The notes: generated by a model not told the origin, from the sequence alone. Positions 20,765 to 32,206 are shown, counted from the first letter of the stretch. The stretch: DNA of 64,000 nt from an uncultured Gemmatimonadaceae bacterium (GCA_963790305.1 CAWBOC010000003.1:96001-160000); one strand, 5' to 3'. Program-made: numbers and translations.

Positions 20765-22831
20765 ATGCGGAAGCCGCTGTCGATCCTCGGGTGGACCGCC
20801 GTTTCGTTGCTCGGCGCGGGCGCGTTCGCGTGGCTCGCGCTCTCGCGTGGCGAGACGGTGAGCGCCGCGTGGCTCCTCATCGCCGCGCTGTGCACGTACG
20901 CGGTCGCCTACCGGTTCTACAGCCGGATCATCGCCGCGAAAGTCTTCGCCCTCGACGCGCGGCGCCCAACACCATCGCAGCGACTCGAGGATGGGTGCGA
21001 CTACGTTCCCACCAATCGGTGGATCGTCTTCGGACATCACTTCGCCGCGATCGCGGGACCTGGGCCCGCTCGTCGGACCAACCCTGGCGGCGCAGTTCGG
21101 CTTCCTCCCCGGCGCACTCTGGATCATCGTCGGCGTCGCGCTCGGCGGCGCCGTGCAGGATTTCGTCATCCTCGCCTCGTCCGTTCGGCGCAACGGGAAA
21201 TCGCTCGGGCAAATGGCGAAGGACGAGATTGGTCCGGTCGCAGGTTTCACCGCGCTCGTCGCCGTCCTGGGCATCATGATCGTGCTCATCTCCGTGCTGG
21301 CGCTCGTGGTGGTGAACGCACTGCGCGCGAGCCCGTGGGGAACCGTGACGATCGCGCTGACCATTCCGATCGCGATGCTGCTCGGCGTCTACCTCCGCTG
21401 GATTCGTCCCGGGAAAGTACTCGAGGCGTCGGCGATCGGGGCTCGTGCTGCTGGTATTGTCCGTGTACGCCGGACAGTGGGTGGCGGCCCGGCCCGCGCT
21501 CGCCGAGGTGTTCACGCTCGAGGGAACGACGCTGGCGTGGTGGATCATGGCGTACGGGTTCGCCGCCTCGGTGCTGCCGGTGTGGCTGCTGCTCGCGCCG
21601 CGCGATTACCTGTCGGCGTTCGTGAAGATCGGTGTGGTCGTCGCGCTTGGCGTTAGGCATCATGATCTCGCTTCCCCCGCTCCAGATGCCCGCGCTCACC
21701 CAGTTCGTCGATGGCACGGGGCCGATTTTCGCCGGCAAGGTGTTCCCCTTCGCGTTCATTACCATTGCGTGCGGCGCCATCTCGGGGTTCCACGCGCTCG
21801 TGGCCTCGGGAACCACCCCGAAGATGCTGGAGAACGAGACCGACGCACGCCCCATCGGCTACGGCGCAATGCTGATGGAATCGCTGGTGGCCGTGATGGC
21901 ACTGATCGCAGCGTGCGTCCTCACGCCGGGACTGTACTTCGCGATCAATGCGCCGGTGGCTGCGCTGGGAACAACGGCGGAATCCGCGGCGACCGCGATC
22001 GCTCAATGGGGATTCGCGATCACGCCGGCCGAGATTCACGCCGTCGCCGCGCAGGTGGGTGAGGAGACGATGCTCTCGCGTACCGGCGGAGCGCCAAGCC
22101 TCGCTGTCGGAATGGCCAACATCTTCTCGCAGGTCCTCGGCGGGAGCGGCGCGATGGCGCTCTGGTACCACTTCGCCATCATGTTCGAGGCGCTGTTCAT
22201 CCTGACCACCCTCGACGCGGGCACGCGCGTGGGCCGCTTCATGCTTCAGGATCTCGGCCGTCACGTGTGGGAGCCGTTCGGCCGCGTCTCATGGTATCCG
22301 GCCATCGTGCTGTCGAGCGCGATCTTCGTCGCGATGTGGGGCCACTTTCTCTATCAGGGCGTCACCGATCCCCTGGGCGGCATCAACTCGCTCTGGCCGC
22401 TCTTCGGCATCGCGAACCAGCTGCTCGCGGCGGTCGCGCTGTGCGTGGGAACGACGGTCATCATCAAGATGGGGAAGGGTCGTTATGCGCCGATCACCCT
22501 GCTCCCACTCGCCTGGCTGGTGGTGGTGACGATGGTCGGCGGATGGGCGAAGATCTTCTCCGACGACCCGCGGCTGGGCTTTCTTGCCCACGCGCGCCTG
22601 CTGGCGGATCAGCTCGCATCAGGCGTCCTGCCGCGCGGGGCAGCCGACGCCGCGGCGGCCGCGCGCATGATCTTCAACGATCGCCTCGACGCCGCGGTCG
22701 CCGCGTTCTTCATGATCGCCGTCTTGGTGATTCTCGCCGACTCGGCGAAGGAGTGGGTGGCCGTCCTTCGAGGGCGGAAGCCGGCGCGAAGCACGGAAGT
22801 GCCTTTCGAGGCTGGTTTGCTCGCTGACTAG
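20765..22831 (+). CDS. cstA: Carbon starvation CstA family peptide/pyruvate transporter (frameshifted)
   Basis: FGHHFAAIAG, LLLAPRDYLS, ACGAISGFH, SRTGGAPSLAVG and WPLFGIANQLLA across four frames. Confidence 0.93.
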
Positions 22832-22895
22832 AACGCGGAATGCGGAATGCGGATAGGAATTGAAACCCTTCTTCCGCGTTCCGCATTCCGAATTC
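22831..22895. repeat. GAATGCG-type heptamer palindromic repeat
   Basis: gaacgcggaatgcggaatgcgga pairs with ttccgcgttccgcattccgaattc. Confidence 0.75.
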
Positions 22896-22904
22896 GACCG
22901 CCGT

Positions 22905-23454
22905 CTAGTGCGCTACGGCGTACGTCGAGAGGTGCGTCGTCAGGAACCCCAGGGTCGCGTTTCGCCGGTCGTGCACTGTCGGCATCCGCTCCAACGAGGG
23001 CGTCGGTAGCGTCGTCGACGTGCCAGACGGTCACGGTTCCGCGCAGAAACTCCTGGCGCGAGCAGTGGGCATACCCTATCATGACCGCGATAGGGCGGGC
23101 AAAGCCGAAGCGCTCGCTGCCCCGGGCGGTGATGCGCACGCGAAGCGTGCGGCCGGCAAGGGGCTGAATCGTGAAGCGGGTGGGGGTGCGAACGGCTTCG
23201 GGAGGGATGAAGACCACGGCCGAGCCGGCGGAGAGAACGCCTCCCTCGGGGCCGATGGTGGTCGAAGCAGTGGCGGAGATGTCGGATCCGCACGGCGCCA
23301 GCCAGGTATCAGGCCGGGCGGCCGTCCGCGCGGAGAGGGAGGGCTGAGGCGCGAGGGAGCTCGTTGGCTCCATGTCGCCGCAGCCGGCGCCAAGCGCCAG
23401 CAGTAGCGCAGGCATGGCCACGGTTAGGCCCGAGGGGCGGTTCGATGAGGACAT
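22905..23454 (-). CDS. Lipoprotein with ZU5-like beta-sandwich ending TTHLSTYAVAH (frameshift near 22995)
   Basis: LGAGC lipobox; IGPEGGVL..VFIPPEAV; C-terminus LERMPTVHDRRNATLGFLTTHLSTYAVAH* read manually in the adjacent frame. Confidence 0.65.
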
Positions 23455-23598
23455 CTCGTGCTCCTGTAGGGTCTACAGGAGCGACGCGAGGCAGGAGCAG
23501 GGAGCAACCGGTCAGTCTGTCGCGGGGAGTATTCGGTGTCGAAGTCTCGTGCGGCGAATTGCCGGGGCGCGTACGCGTCCACTTGACAGGGGGCAGAC

Positions 23599-24570
23599 GT
23601 GATTGCGTCGGAGCGCGAGCAGCTCGAGGAAGGGCTGCGTCTGCAGAAGGCGGGACTGCTCGAGGAAGCGTTGCAGCTCTACGACGCCGCCTCGCGCAGT
23701 GGGGACGGGACCATCCGCGCGTTGGCCCTCTGCCGCAAGGCCGACCTGTATCGCGTGTGGTCGCGCTGGGAGCAGGCGGCCGATTCCGCCCGCGAGGGCG
23801 CCGCCGTCGCTCGCAAGGCGGGTGAGTACTCGATCTACGCCGAGGCGATCAACGCCGAGGCGAACGTCTATCACCAGCGTGGCGAGTTCGACGCGGCCCT
23901 GCCGCTGTACGAACGTGTTCTCGAGCTTCCGGTCGATGACCGCATTCGCGGGCTTGCGCTCCAGAACATGGGCTCGATTGCCGCGCAGCGCGACGACCTC
24001 GACGCCGCCGAACGCTTCTTTCTCGATTCGTATTGGCACTTCCGGCGCGCGGGATACGATTGGGGCGTCGCGTTCGTGCTCAACAACCAGGCGGCGGCCG
24101 CGCTCGATCGCGGACGCTATTCGAGCGCCGCGACCATCGCTCGCCAGGCGATGGAGGCCGCGCGCCAAGTCGATGACTTCGAGCTGCTGGGCATCGCGAC
24201 GTTGAATTACGCGGAGGCTCTCGCCGCGCAGGATGATCTTCCGCACGCCGAATCGCTCGCCGCTGGCGCGCTTGGCTTCTTCGTGCTGGCAAAAAGCGAC
24301 GTCCATCGCGCCCAGTGTCTACGGGTATTGGGCGACATCTACGTGCGCCGCGGAGAGACCTCGCGCGCCCGCGCCTGCTACATGCAGGGACTCGAGGTCG
24401 CAGTGCCGCTCGGATCGCGCTTCGACACCGACAAGTTGCGGGGGCGGCTGGCGCGGCTTGGCTCCAGCGACGTGGCGGCCGATCTTAGCGTCGCCGACGA
24501 GCGCCGACCCGACGTGCGCCGGCCGGGTGAGCACCCCAACGACGAGGCGACGCAGTCGCCGCCGGCATGA
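23599..24570 (+). CDS. Tetratricopeptide repeat protein
   Basis: Repeated helical pairs (ANVYHQRGEFDAALPLYERVL, NMGSIAAQRDDLDAAERFF, LGDIYVRRGETSRARACY). Confidence 0.85.
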   Translation: MIASEREQLEEGLRLQKAGLLEEALQLYDAASRSGDGTIRALALCRKADLYRVWSRWEQAADSAREGAAVARKAGEYSIYAEAINAEANVYHQRGEFDAALPLYERVLELPVDDRIRGLALQNMGSIAAQRDDLDAAERFFLDSYWHFRRAGYDWGVAFVLNNQAAAALDRGRYSSAATIARQAMEAARQVDDFELLGIATLNYAEALAAQDDLPHAESLAAGALGFFVLAKSDVHRAQCLRVLGDIYVRRGETSRARACYMQGLEVAVPLGSRFDTDKLRGRLARLGSSDVAADLSVADERRPDVRRPGEHPNDEATQSPPA

Positions 24571-24749
24571 AGAGCGTGCTGGCAGTGATCGCGCACGCAC
24601 TGCGCGTCGTCGCCGGTGCACCGCGATACGACGCGTACCGCGCACACATCGCGCGACACCATCCGCAGCGCGAGCCAATGTCGCGCGCCGAGTTCGAGCG
24701 CGCGCGGCTCGACGATCGATATTCGAAACCGGGGGCGAAATGCTGTTAA
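24567..24749 (+). CDS. YbdD/YjiX (DUF466) CstA-associated small protein
   Basis: G.P.YDAY.AH..RHHP..EPMSR.EF.R.R...RY.....CC signature. Confidence 0.9.
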   Translation: MKSVLAVIAHALRVVAGAPRYDAYRAHIARHHPQREPMSRAEFERARLDDRYSKPGAKCC

Positions 24750-25363
24750 GGATTGCGGAATGCGGATTGCGGGTTTCATGCGTGCTGGTCCTGTGGGCAC
24801 TCACCCTTCCCGCGCAAGAAGCGACCACGACTCCCACGGCCCCGAGCCTGACCGTCGAGCAGCAGATCACGGTCGCGGTGCTTCCGCTTCCCAACGACTT
24901 GCGCGCTGGCGCCACGGTGCTCGGCTACGGAACGGACGGAAAGCTCGCCCCGCTGCGCAAGGGAACGGGGGACATGACGTGCCTGGCGCCCAACAAGACC
25001 GCGTCGCGCTTTCACGTCGCCTGCTACCACAACTCGCTCGAGCCGTTCATGGCGCGTGGGCGTGCACTTCGCACGAGCGGTGTGAATGGAGACGCGGTCG
25101 ACAGCGCGCGTTTCCGTGAGATCAAGGCGGGGCAGCTCGCGGTTCCCAAGGGCCCGGCGTCGCTTTATTCGCTCACCGGTGATTGGAGCACCCTCGACGC
25201 GACGGCGCTGACCGCCAATGGCGCGCGCAGGCTGTTCGTCGTCTACATCCCGTTCGCGACATCGCAAACGACGGGACTCTCCGACAAGCCCGCGCGCGGA
25301 ACACCCTGGATCATGGGCGCCGGGACACCCAAGGCGCACATCATGTTCGTGCCGGAGATGTAG
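24740..25363 (+). CDS. Secreted hypothetical protein
   Basis: Signal-like N-terminus; RAGATVLGY, FHVACYH and WIMGAGTPKAHIM motifs. Confidence 0.7.
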   Translation: MLLRIAECGLRVSCVLVLWALTLPAQEATTTPTAPSLTVEQQITVAVLPLPNDLRAGATVLGYGTDGKLAPLRKGTGDMTCLAPNKTASRFHVACYHNSLEPFMARGRALRTSGVNGDAVDSARFREIKAGQLAVPKGPASLYSLTGDWSTLDATALTANGARRLFVVYIPFATSQTTGLSDKPARGTPWIMGAGTPKAHIMFVPEM

Positions 25364-26535
25364 CGCTCGGAACGACGATCCACAGGCCGATACTCGCCAG
25401 CATCGCGGCCGCTGCGCCGACACTGAAGGCGGTGAACGCGCCGAAGCGATCGTACATGGCTCCAAAAATCACCGACGCCGGGAGTGCGCCGAGTCCGATG
25501 GCGAGGTTGTACCAGCCGAAGGCTGCGCCTCGTCGCGAGGCGGGCACGATGTCGGCGACGAGCGCACGCTCGACGCCCTCGGTGAGCCCGAAGTACACTC
25601 CGTAGATCGCGAACAGCACCCAGATGTGCCACGCGTCGGTGGCATGACCGAACATCAGGTAGACGAGAGCATAGACCATCCACCCGGCGACGATCACCGG
25701 CTTGCGTCCGCGCCGGTCGGAGAGAATGCCGCCGGGAGTACTCGAGAGCGATTTCACGAGATGCAGCATCGCCCAGAGTACCGGCAAAAGCGCGGCGCCC
25801 ACCCCGAGCTCAGTCGCGCGGAGCAGGAGGAAGGCGTCGGTCGAGTTGCCTAACGTGAAGAGCAGCAGCACCGCGAGGTAGGCGAAGAAGCGACGACCCA
25901 AAGGTGCTGAGAGGCGCTGGAGGCGCTAGAGGCGCTAGAGGCGCTGGAGGCGCTGGAGGCGCTGGGCGGGGCTCACGAACACCGAGGATCAGCGTGATCA
26001 CGGCGACCGCGGCGGGGATCGCGGCCAGCCAGAAGATCGTGCGGACGCCCACCCCCATCCGCGACATCAGGATGTACACGATGAGTGGACCGATCACTGC
26101 GCCGGCGTGGTCTGCGGCGCGGTGAAACCCGAACGCCCGTCCCCGCAGTGCGGGATCGACCGAATCGGCGATGAGCGCATCGCGCGGCGCCCCGCGAATC
26201 CCCTTCCCCACGCGATCCGTCACTCGAATGAGGAGCACGTGCGCCCCGGTCTGCGCGATCGCCACGAGCGGGCGAACGGCCGACGCGAGCGCATATCCGG
26301 CGACGACCAGCGGCTTGCGTCGCCGGGTGCGATCGGACAGCCACCCGCTCGCCAGCTTGAGCAGTGCGGAAACGGAGTCCGCGGCTCCCTCGATAGCCCC
26401 GACGAAGGCGGCGCTCGCGCCGAGCGTCGCCGTCAGGAACAGCGGGAGGAGCGGATAGATCATCTCGCTCGACGCGTCGGTGAAGAAGCTCACCGCGGCC
26501 AGGGCGAGGACGTTTCGACCGAGCGCGGGCCTCAC
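25341..26535 (-). CDS. MFS transporter (frameshift near 25900)
   Basis: SFFTDASSEMIYP, GWLSDRTRRRK, DRVGKGIRGAPRDAL and LSDRRGRK motifs. Confidence 0.9.
25910..25964. repeat. 9-mer tandem repeat (AGAGGCGCT/GGAGGCGCT) inside the MFS gene
   Basis: About six copies, encoding PAPPAPPAPLAPLAPPAPL. Confidence 0.85.
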
Positions 26536-26549
26536 ACGTCAAGGTGCGT

Positions 26550-28137
26550 TCACGCCAGCCCCATCCCCCACCGCGCCAGGGGCGTCGGCAGCGCGCCGTA
26601 CGACAGCAGCTCATCGTGGAAGGCGCGCAGGGAGAACATCGCGCCGCGCGCCTCGCGCGCGTCGTCGCGCAGGCGCAGGATCTCACGACGGCCGACCGCG
26701 TAGCAGAGCTGATAGGTGGGAAACGCGCAGTAGCGAACGGCCTCCGCGCGTGCGGCGCCCTCCTCGAGGCCGAGCTCGTCACGCAGGATCGCCGAGGCGG
26801 TGTCGACCGTCATGCCCTTCGTGTGCAGCGACACGTCGAGAATCACCCGCAGGGCGCGCCACAGCAGGTGGTGCACCTGGAAGAAGCGGGCGGCGGGATC
26901 GCTGATGAAGCCCTGCTCGGCCATGAGGTTCTCGCAGTACAGCGCCCAGCCCTCCTGCGACGCCGGACTCGCCAGGACGCGTCGCACCGGCCGCGGCAGC
27001 GTACACGCCGTCACGATCTGGAGATGGTGGCCGGGAATACCCTCGTGCAGCGCCGTGCTGGGCAGCTCGGCGCGGCAGTGCAGCCGCCATGGCTCGTTAG
27101 GCTGCGGCAGGGTGACGAAGAAGGTACCACGCGCATCGCCGTCGAAGGCGGCCGGTCCCTGGTAGGCGGCGAACGGGATGAGGGCGCGAAGGAAGTCGGG
27201 CGTCGGCGCGACGACGAGCTCTCCCTCGGGGACGGTGACCAGCCCACGCTCGGCGGTGAAGTCGAGCGCCGCCCGCATCGCGCTTCGATACTCGTCCACG
27301 GCCGTGTCACGGGTCGGCGTGTCCTCGCGCAGGACGCGCACGACGTCGCGCCACGGCGTATTCGGGACGAAGCTCGGCCGCGAGACGCTCGAGCTCGGCA
27401 ATCGCTTCGGCGCGCAATCGCTCGCCGAAGCGCAGGAGCTCGTCGGCGTTCTCACGGATCATGTGCGCGGTGTGGAGCTTGAGGTCGAACAGCTCACGCC
27501 CCAACCCGAAGTTCCCTTCCTCGGTCGGCTCCAGGAGCGCAAGCGCATCTCCAAAACGGTGAAGCGCATCCACCGCCGTGTCGCGCGCTTCGGCGAGCGC
27601 AATTGGATCGACGGGAAGATTGACCTTCCCGAGCCCATCGCGAAGCAGCGAGACCCCGCCCGCGATCATGGCTCGCGCCGTATCGAGAAACACGGTCAGC
27701 GGCTCGGTCAGCGCCGCGGCGGCCTCGTCGAGAAAACGCGGCATGGCCTGCACCCGCGCCAGGAGCGCCGCCCCGCGACGCGCCGGATCGCCAGACTGCC
27801 GCGCGAGGAGCAGATGGATGCCGTTCAGTGCATAGAGGAGCGCATGCGTCGGATTGCGTGCGTGCGGCCTCTCGCGCTCGAGGATCAGCAGGTCATGACG
27901 CGCCGCGTGCAGCGTCGCGGTCCGGTCGATCTCGTCGTCGAGGGAGGCGGCCTCGACCTCCTCGAGACTCGCCGTGTACGACCGCAGCGCAGCGGCGTAC
28001 TCGCGCAGCGATGCGGGGTCGAAGCGCGGGAGCTCGGGGTCGAATTCCTGCCGGCCGACGTACGTGCCCTCGACCGGGTTGATACGCCAACGGAGATCGA
28101 GGTACCCCTCGAGAACGTCGGCGAGTGGCTCGCTCAC
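26550..28137 (-). CDS. DUF885 family protein (frameshift near 27400)
   Basis: HEGIPGHHLQ, EGWALYCE, DVSLH and PTYQLCY motifs. Confidence 0.88.
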
Positions 28138-29384
28138 GCCCGCGCGGGCTGCCGTTTTTGTTCGCCGATCATCGCGTGCAGCTCGTCATCGCGGATCACG
28201 CGATTCATCCGCTTGGCCGCATCGAAGAGCAGTTGGCAGAGGGCATCGTCGGCGGGATCGTAGCCGTGCTCTTCGAGCCAGCACTTCACGTTCGAGAGCC
28301 CCGAGACGGGCGAGATCTCGATGCGCTGCGCAAGGCCGAAATCCCCGGCGGGCACTCCGGAGTAAATGCGATCAGCGAGCCAGGCGTGCCCTTTCTTTCG
28401 TGCCTTGATGATCGCGGCGGCGTGCACCCCAGTTCCGGTGCGAAAGGCGTCGTCGCCGAGCACGGGGTAGCTGGGCGGAATCGGGACGCCGCAAGCGCTC
28501 GACGCGAGATGCGAGTACTCGGGGAGCTTGCTGAGGTCGTGCCGGTGCGCGCCGAGCAGCTTGAGATTGATCAGCAGGAGATCCATCTCGGCATTGCCGA
28601 CACGCTCGCCGATGCCTAACGCGGTCCCATGCACGCGGTCGACCCCCTCCTCGATCGCCGCCAGACAGTTGGCGAGCCCGAGTCCGCGGTCGCGGTGGCC
28701 GTGCCAGTCGAGCTTCACGTCCTCGCCGCTGGGGTCGATGATCTCATCGCGTACGAACCGGACGAGTCGACGCACGCCATCGGGCGTCGCGTGCCCAACC
28801 GTATCGGCGAGACAGAGCCGCCGGGCGCCCCACCGAATCGCGTTGCCGTAGAGCGCCTTCAGCGTGTCGGGCGCGGCGCGCGTCGTATCCTCGGTGACGA
28901 ACATGACCGGCAGCCCCTCACCCACGGCGAACGTCACCGCCTCCTCGCTCACGCGCAACATCTTCTCCAGCGTCCAGTCCTCGGCGTACTGGCGAATCGG
29001 CGAGGAGCCGATGAAGGTCGCCGCCTCGATGGGAATGCCGGCCTCCTGCGAGATGCGCGCAACCGGCTCGACGTCGGAGATGACCGTTCGGGCCGCACAG
29101 TTCGCCTCGAGGTCGAGGCCGGCGGCGGCGATCTCCTTGGCGAGCGCCAGCGTATCGGCGCGGGCGCGTGGTCCGGCGCCGGGGAGACCGATGTCAGCGG
29201 ACGCGATCCCGAGGTCGACCATCAGGTGGAGCAGGCGCTTCTTGTCGTCGATGACCGGGTCGGTCACCGACGGGCATTGCAGCCCGTCTCGCAGCGTCTC
29301 GTCGTTGAGCTCGACGTGGCAAGCTCCCCAGTCGAACGGGGCGCCCTGCTGGTTCCAATCGTGGATCAGGTCCTGTTCGCGCAT
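28134..29384 (-). CDS. 2-isopropylmalate synthase/homocitrate synthase family (DRE-TIM) protein
   Basis: DETLRDGLQ, ADTVG, HGHRDRGL, GIGERVGNA and GVHA motifs. Confidence 0.88.
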   Translation of the reverse strand: MREQDLIHDWNQQGAPFDWGACHVELNDETLRDGLQCPSVTDPVIDDKKRLLHLMVDLGIASADIGLPGAGPRARADTLALAKEIAAAGLDLEANCAARTVISDVEPVARISQEAGIPIEAATFIGSSPIRQYAEDWTLEKMLRVSEEAVTFAVGEGLPVMFVTEDTTRAAPDTLKALYGNAIRWGARRLCLADTVGHATPDGVRRLVRFVRDEIIDPSGEDVKLDWHGHRDRGLGLANCLAAIEEGVDRVHGTALGIGERVGNAEMDLLLINLKLLGAHRHDLSKLPEYSHLASSACGVPIPPSYPVLGDDAFRTGTGVHAAAIIKARKKGHAWLADRIYSGVPAGDFGLAQRIEISPVSGLSNVKCWLEEHGYDPADDALCQLLFDAAKRMNRVIRDDELHAMIGEQKRQPARA

Positions 29385-29402
29385 GGAGAGAATCTAGAAG
29401 GC

Positions 29403-29512
29403 GGGCGCTAGAGGCGCTAAGGGCGCTAGAGGGCGCTAGAGGCGCTGCGTCAGGCTTGCAGCGCCCTAGCGCCCCTAGCGCCTCTAGCGCCTCTAGCGCC
29501 CCTAGCGCCTAG
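29403..29512. repeat. Palindrome of 9-mer tandem repeats (AGAGGCGCT)n...(AGCGCCTCT)n
   Basis: 4-5 degenerate copies per arm, between divergent genes. Confidence 0.88.
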
Positions 29513-29521
29513 ATTCACTCC

Positions 29522-30711
29522 ATGCTCCGGCAGCTCTGGCACCACCCCGCCCTTCGGCAGGCGCGGCTACAGCTCGCGTCACGCGACCAGGACATCGTGC
29601 TCGAGCAGATCGCGGTGTCGGAAATCGCCGCGCCCACGGGCGAAGAAAATGAGCGGGCGCAGTGGGTGGCCCAGCGGTTCGAAGCGCTGAAGCTGAGCGA
29701 CGTACGCATCGACCAAGCGGGCAATGTGATCGGACGACGGCGCGGGAGGACGGATGGCCCCGCGGTGCTCGTATGCGCACATCTCGACACTGTCTTCCCG
29801 CGTCAGACGCGCGTCAGCGTGGCGCGACTCGGGAACCGCCTCGCTGGACCCGGCATCGGCGACAATGGGCGCGGCGTGGCGGCAATGCTGGCCCTCGCTA
29901 CCGCGCTCGACGGCGCGACATTGGTCGACCGAGCGTCCCGTCGATTTCATTGGCACGACCGGTGAGGAAGGCGCCGGCGATCTCCGCGGCGCGAAGCACC
30001 TGTTCGCGCACGAGGGACGCGATGCGGCGGCGGCGGTCATCCTCGACGGCGCGGGGGACGAGCGCATCGTTCATCGTGCTCTCGCGTCTCGCCGCTACCG
30101 ACTGACCTTCGAGGGACCGGGCGGGCACAGCTGGACGGCGTTCGGAGTGCCTAACGCCGTGCACGCCGCGGCGGTCGCGACGGCGCGGCTCGCGCGACTC
30201 GTCCTTCCGACGACGCCGCGCACGACGCTGTCGGTCGGACGCATCGGAGGCGGCATCTCCGTGAACTCCATCCCCGACCGCGCGTGGCTCGAGGTGGACG
30301 CGCGGTCAGCGTCAGCCGGCGATGATCTCGCGCCTCGATCGCGACGTGCGTGAAGCCGCCGCAGCGGGCGCCATGGAGGAAAACGCGCGGCGGGCCGTGG
30401 GCGCGATACCGTTGACGTACACCGTGGAGGTAATCGGCGAGCGACCGGGTGGCGAAACGCCGGTCGATCACCCGCTCGTGCTCGCCGCCATGGAGGCGAC
30501 GCGCCTCATCGGTCGGAACCCCGAGCTCGCGATCGCCTCGACCGACGCCAACATCCCGATCAGCCTCGGCATCCCCGCCGTAGCGATCGGTGCGGGCGGA
30601 CGTGGCGGGGATGCGCACACGCCCGGGGAGTGGTTCGAGAACACCGAGGGCACTCTTGGGTTGAGTCGGGCGCTGGGTGTGGTGGTGAATGCGGCAGGGC
30701 TGGTCGTGTAG
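29522..30711 (+). CDS. M20/M25/M40 family metallo-hydrolase (frameshifted)
   Basis: AHLDTVFP, PGIGDN, GEEG.GDL.G, GPGGHSW, STDAN and AHTPGEW motifs. Confidence 0.9.
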
Positions 30712-30718
30712 GGGCGCA

Positions 30719-30827
30719 AGAGCATAACCACAGAGGCACAGAGGACACAGAGGAAAACCCGCACTGCAAAGCGCTTTGCAGTGCGGGTCTTCCTCTGTGT
30801 CCTCTGTGCCTCTGTGGTTACGCTCTT
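30719..30827. repeat. Palindromic element (ATAACCACAGAGGCACAGAG family), second copy
   Basis: aagagcataaccacagaggcacagaggacacagaggaa pairs with ttcctctgtgtcctctgtgcctctgtggttacgctctt; inner hairpin cccgcactgcaaagcgctttgcagtgcggg. Confidence 0.9.
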
Positions 30828-31814
30828 TGGGCCCCGCGCACCTCGGAGTGATCCCCGACGGTGACCTCACCTTGCACACCCTCGACGTGCACCTCGTCGC
30901 CGACCAGCGAATTCCGCAGCACGGAACGGATGATCTTCGACTTCTGTCCAACGAGTGTGTCGCTTGAGCTCCGAGTCCTCGACGACGGAGCCCGCGCCTA
31001 ACGTGACATTGGGCCCGATCTTCGACCGTCGGAGCGTGACACCCTCCTCGATGTAGACGGGATCGACGATCGTACACCCGTCGGTCGCATCCGGACGCTG
31101 CGCCCTTCCCTTCTCCAGCATCGCGCGGTTCGTCTCGAGCAGCGTGTCGATCTTGCCGGCGTCGTACCAGCCCTCGACGTCGATCACCCGGATCTTCGCG
31201 CCCTTGTCGATCATGTACTGGAACGCATCGGTGAGATAGTACTCGCCCTTGTTCTTGGGCTGCTTGAGCACCCACTCGATGCCTTCGTAGAGCAGCTTCC
31301 AGTTCTTGATGTAGTACAGCCCGATGTTGGCGCGCTTCGAGATCGGCGTCGTCGGCTTCTCGACGATCTTCGTCATGTTGCCTTGCGTGTCGGTGACGAC
31401 GACGCCGAAGCGCTGGTAGTCCTCGACCTCCTTCACCCAGATGATGCCGTCGGCGTCGGTCGTCTTGATGACCGAGAGGTCGGCGTCGAAGATCGTGTCG
31501 ACGAAGATGATCGAGCACCGGCTGGTCGACGTGGCCGCGCGCGAGCGCGACGGCGCCGGCGGTGCCATCCTGCACCTTCTGCTCGATGAATACGGCGGGG
31601 AAGTCGAACTCCGCGCGCGACGTACTCCTCGACCTTCTCCTTGAGATGGCCGGTGATGTAGATGATCTGCTCGACGTTGCCGAGCTTCTCGAGATCGTCG
31701 AGGATGTACGCCATCACCGGCTTGCCGGCGACCTTGAGCATCGGCTTCGGCGTGATGTGCGTGTGCGGGCCGAAGGCGCGTGCCCTTCCCCGCCAGCGGA
31801 ATGATCACTTTCAT
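30818..31814 (-). CDS. Sugar-phosphate nucleotidyltransferase (frameshifted)
   Basis: MKVIIPLAGKGTRLRP, FGVVV, IVEKP, GEYYLTDA and WYDAG motifs, C-terminal left-handed beta-helix. Confidence 0.88.
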
Positions 31815-32183
31815 GGCGCGCTCGTCCCCTCGCGTCCGTAGCGGTCCTGGAGTCGCACGACGTCGTCGAGCTCGGGCGTCGACGCCTCGAGGATGTCGCA
31901 GTCGGTGATCGCTTCCATGTAGTGCACGGTGCCGGGTGTGATGCGGAACGCGTCGCCCTCGCGCAAGCGAACATCCTCGAGCTCGTCGCCGGAGCTTGAC
32001 CCAGTAGTTCATCTCGCCCTTGAGCAGGTAGACGGTTTCGTCCTTCTGGTTGTGATACTGCACCGAGAGCGCATGCCCGGCCTTGATGTGGAGCACCTTG
32101 CCGACGTAGCGGTCGGTGTGCGCCCAGATGATCTCGTAACCCCAAGGCTTCAAGACGCGCTTCACCGGGGATGTGCCGCTCAA
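31811..32183 (-). CDS. Cupin domain protein (mannose-6-phosphate isomerase-like), frameshifted
   Basis: KPWGYE, LSVQYH..KDET and STPELDDVVR motifs; GAGGAG RBS before TTG. Confidence 0.85.
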
Positions 32184-32206
32184 ATCTGAACTCCTCTTGG
32201 CGGGCG

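Noticed and set aside
24567..24749. YbdD as a selenoprotein
   Set aside because: It ends TGC TGT TAA (Cys-Cys-stop), with no in-frame UGA.
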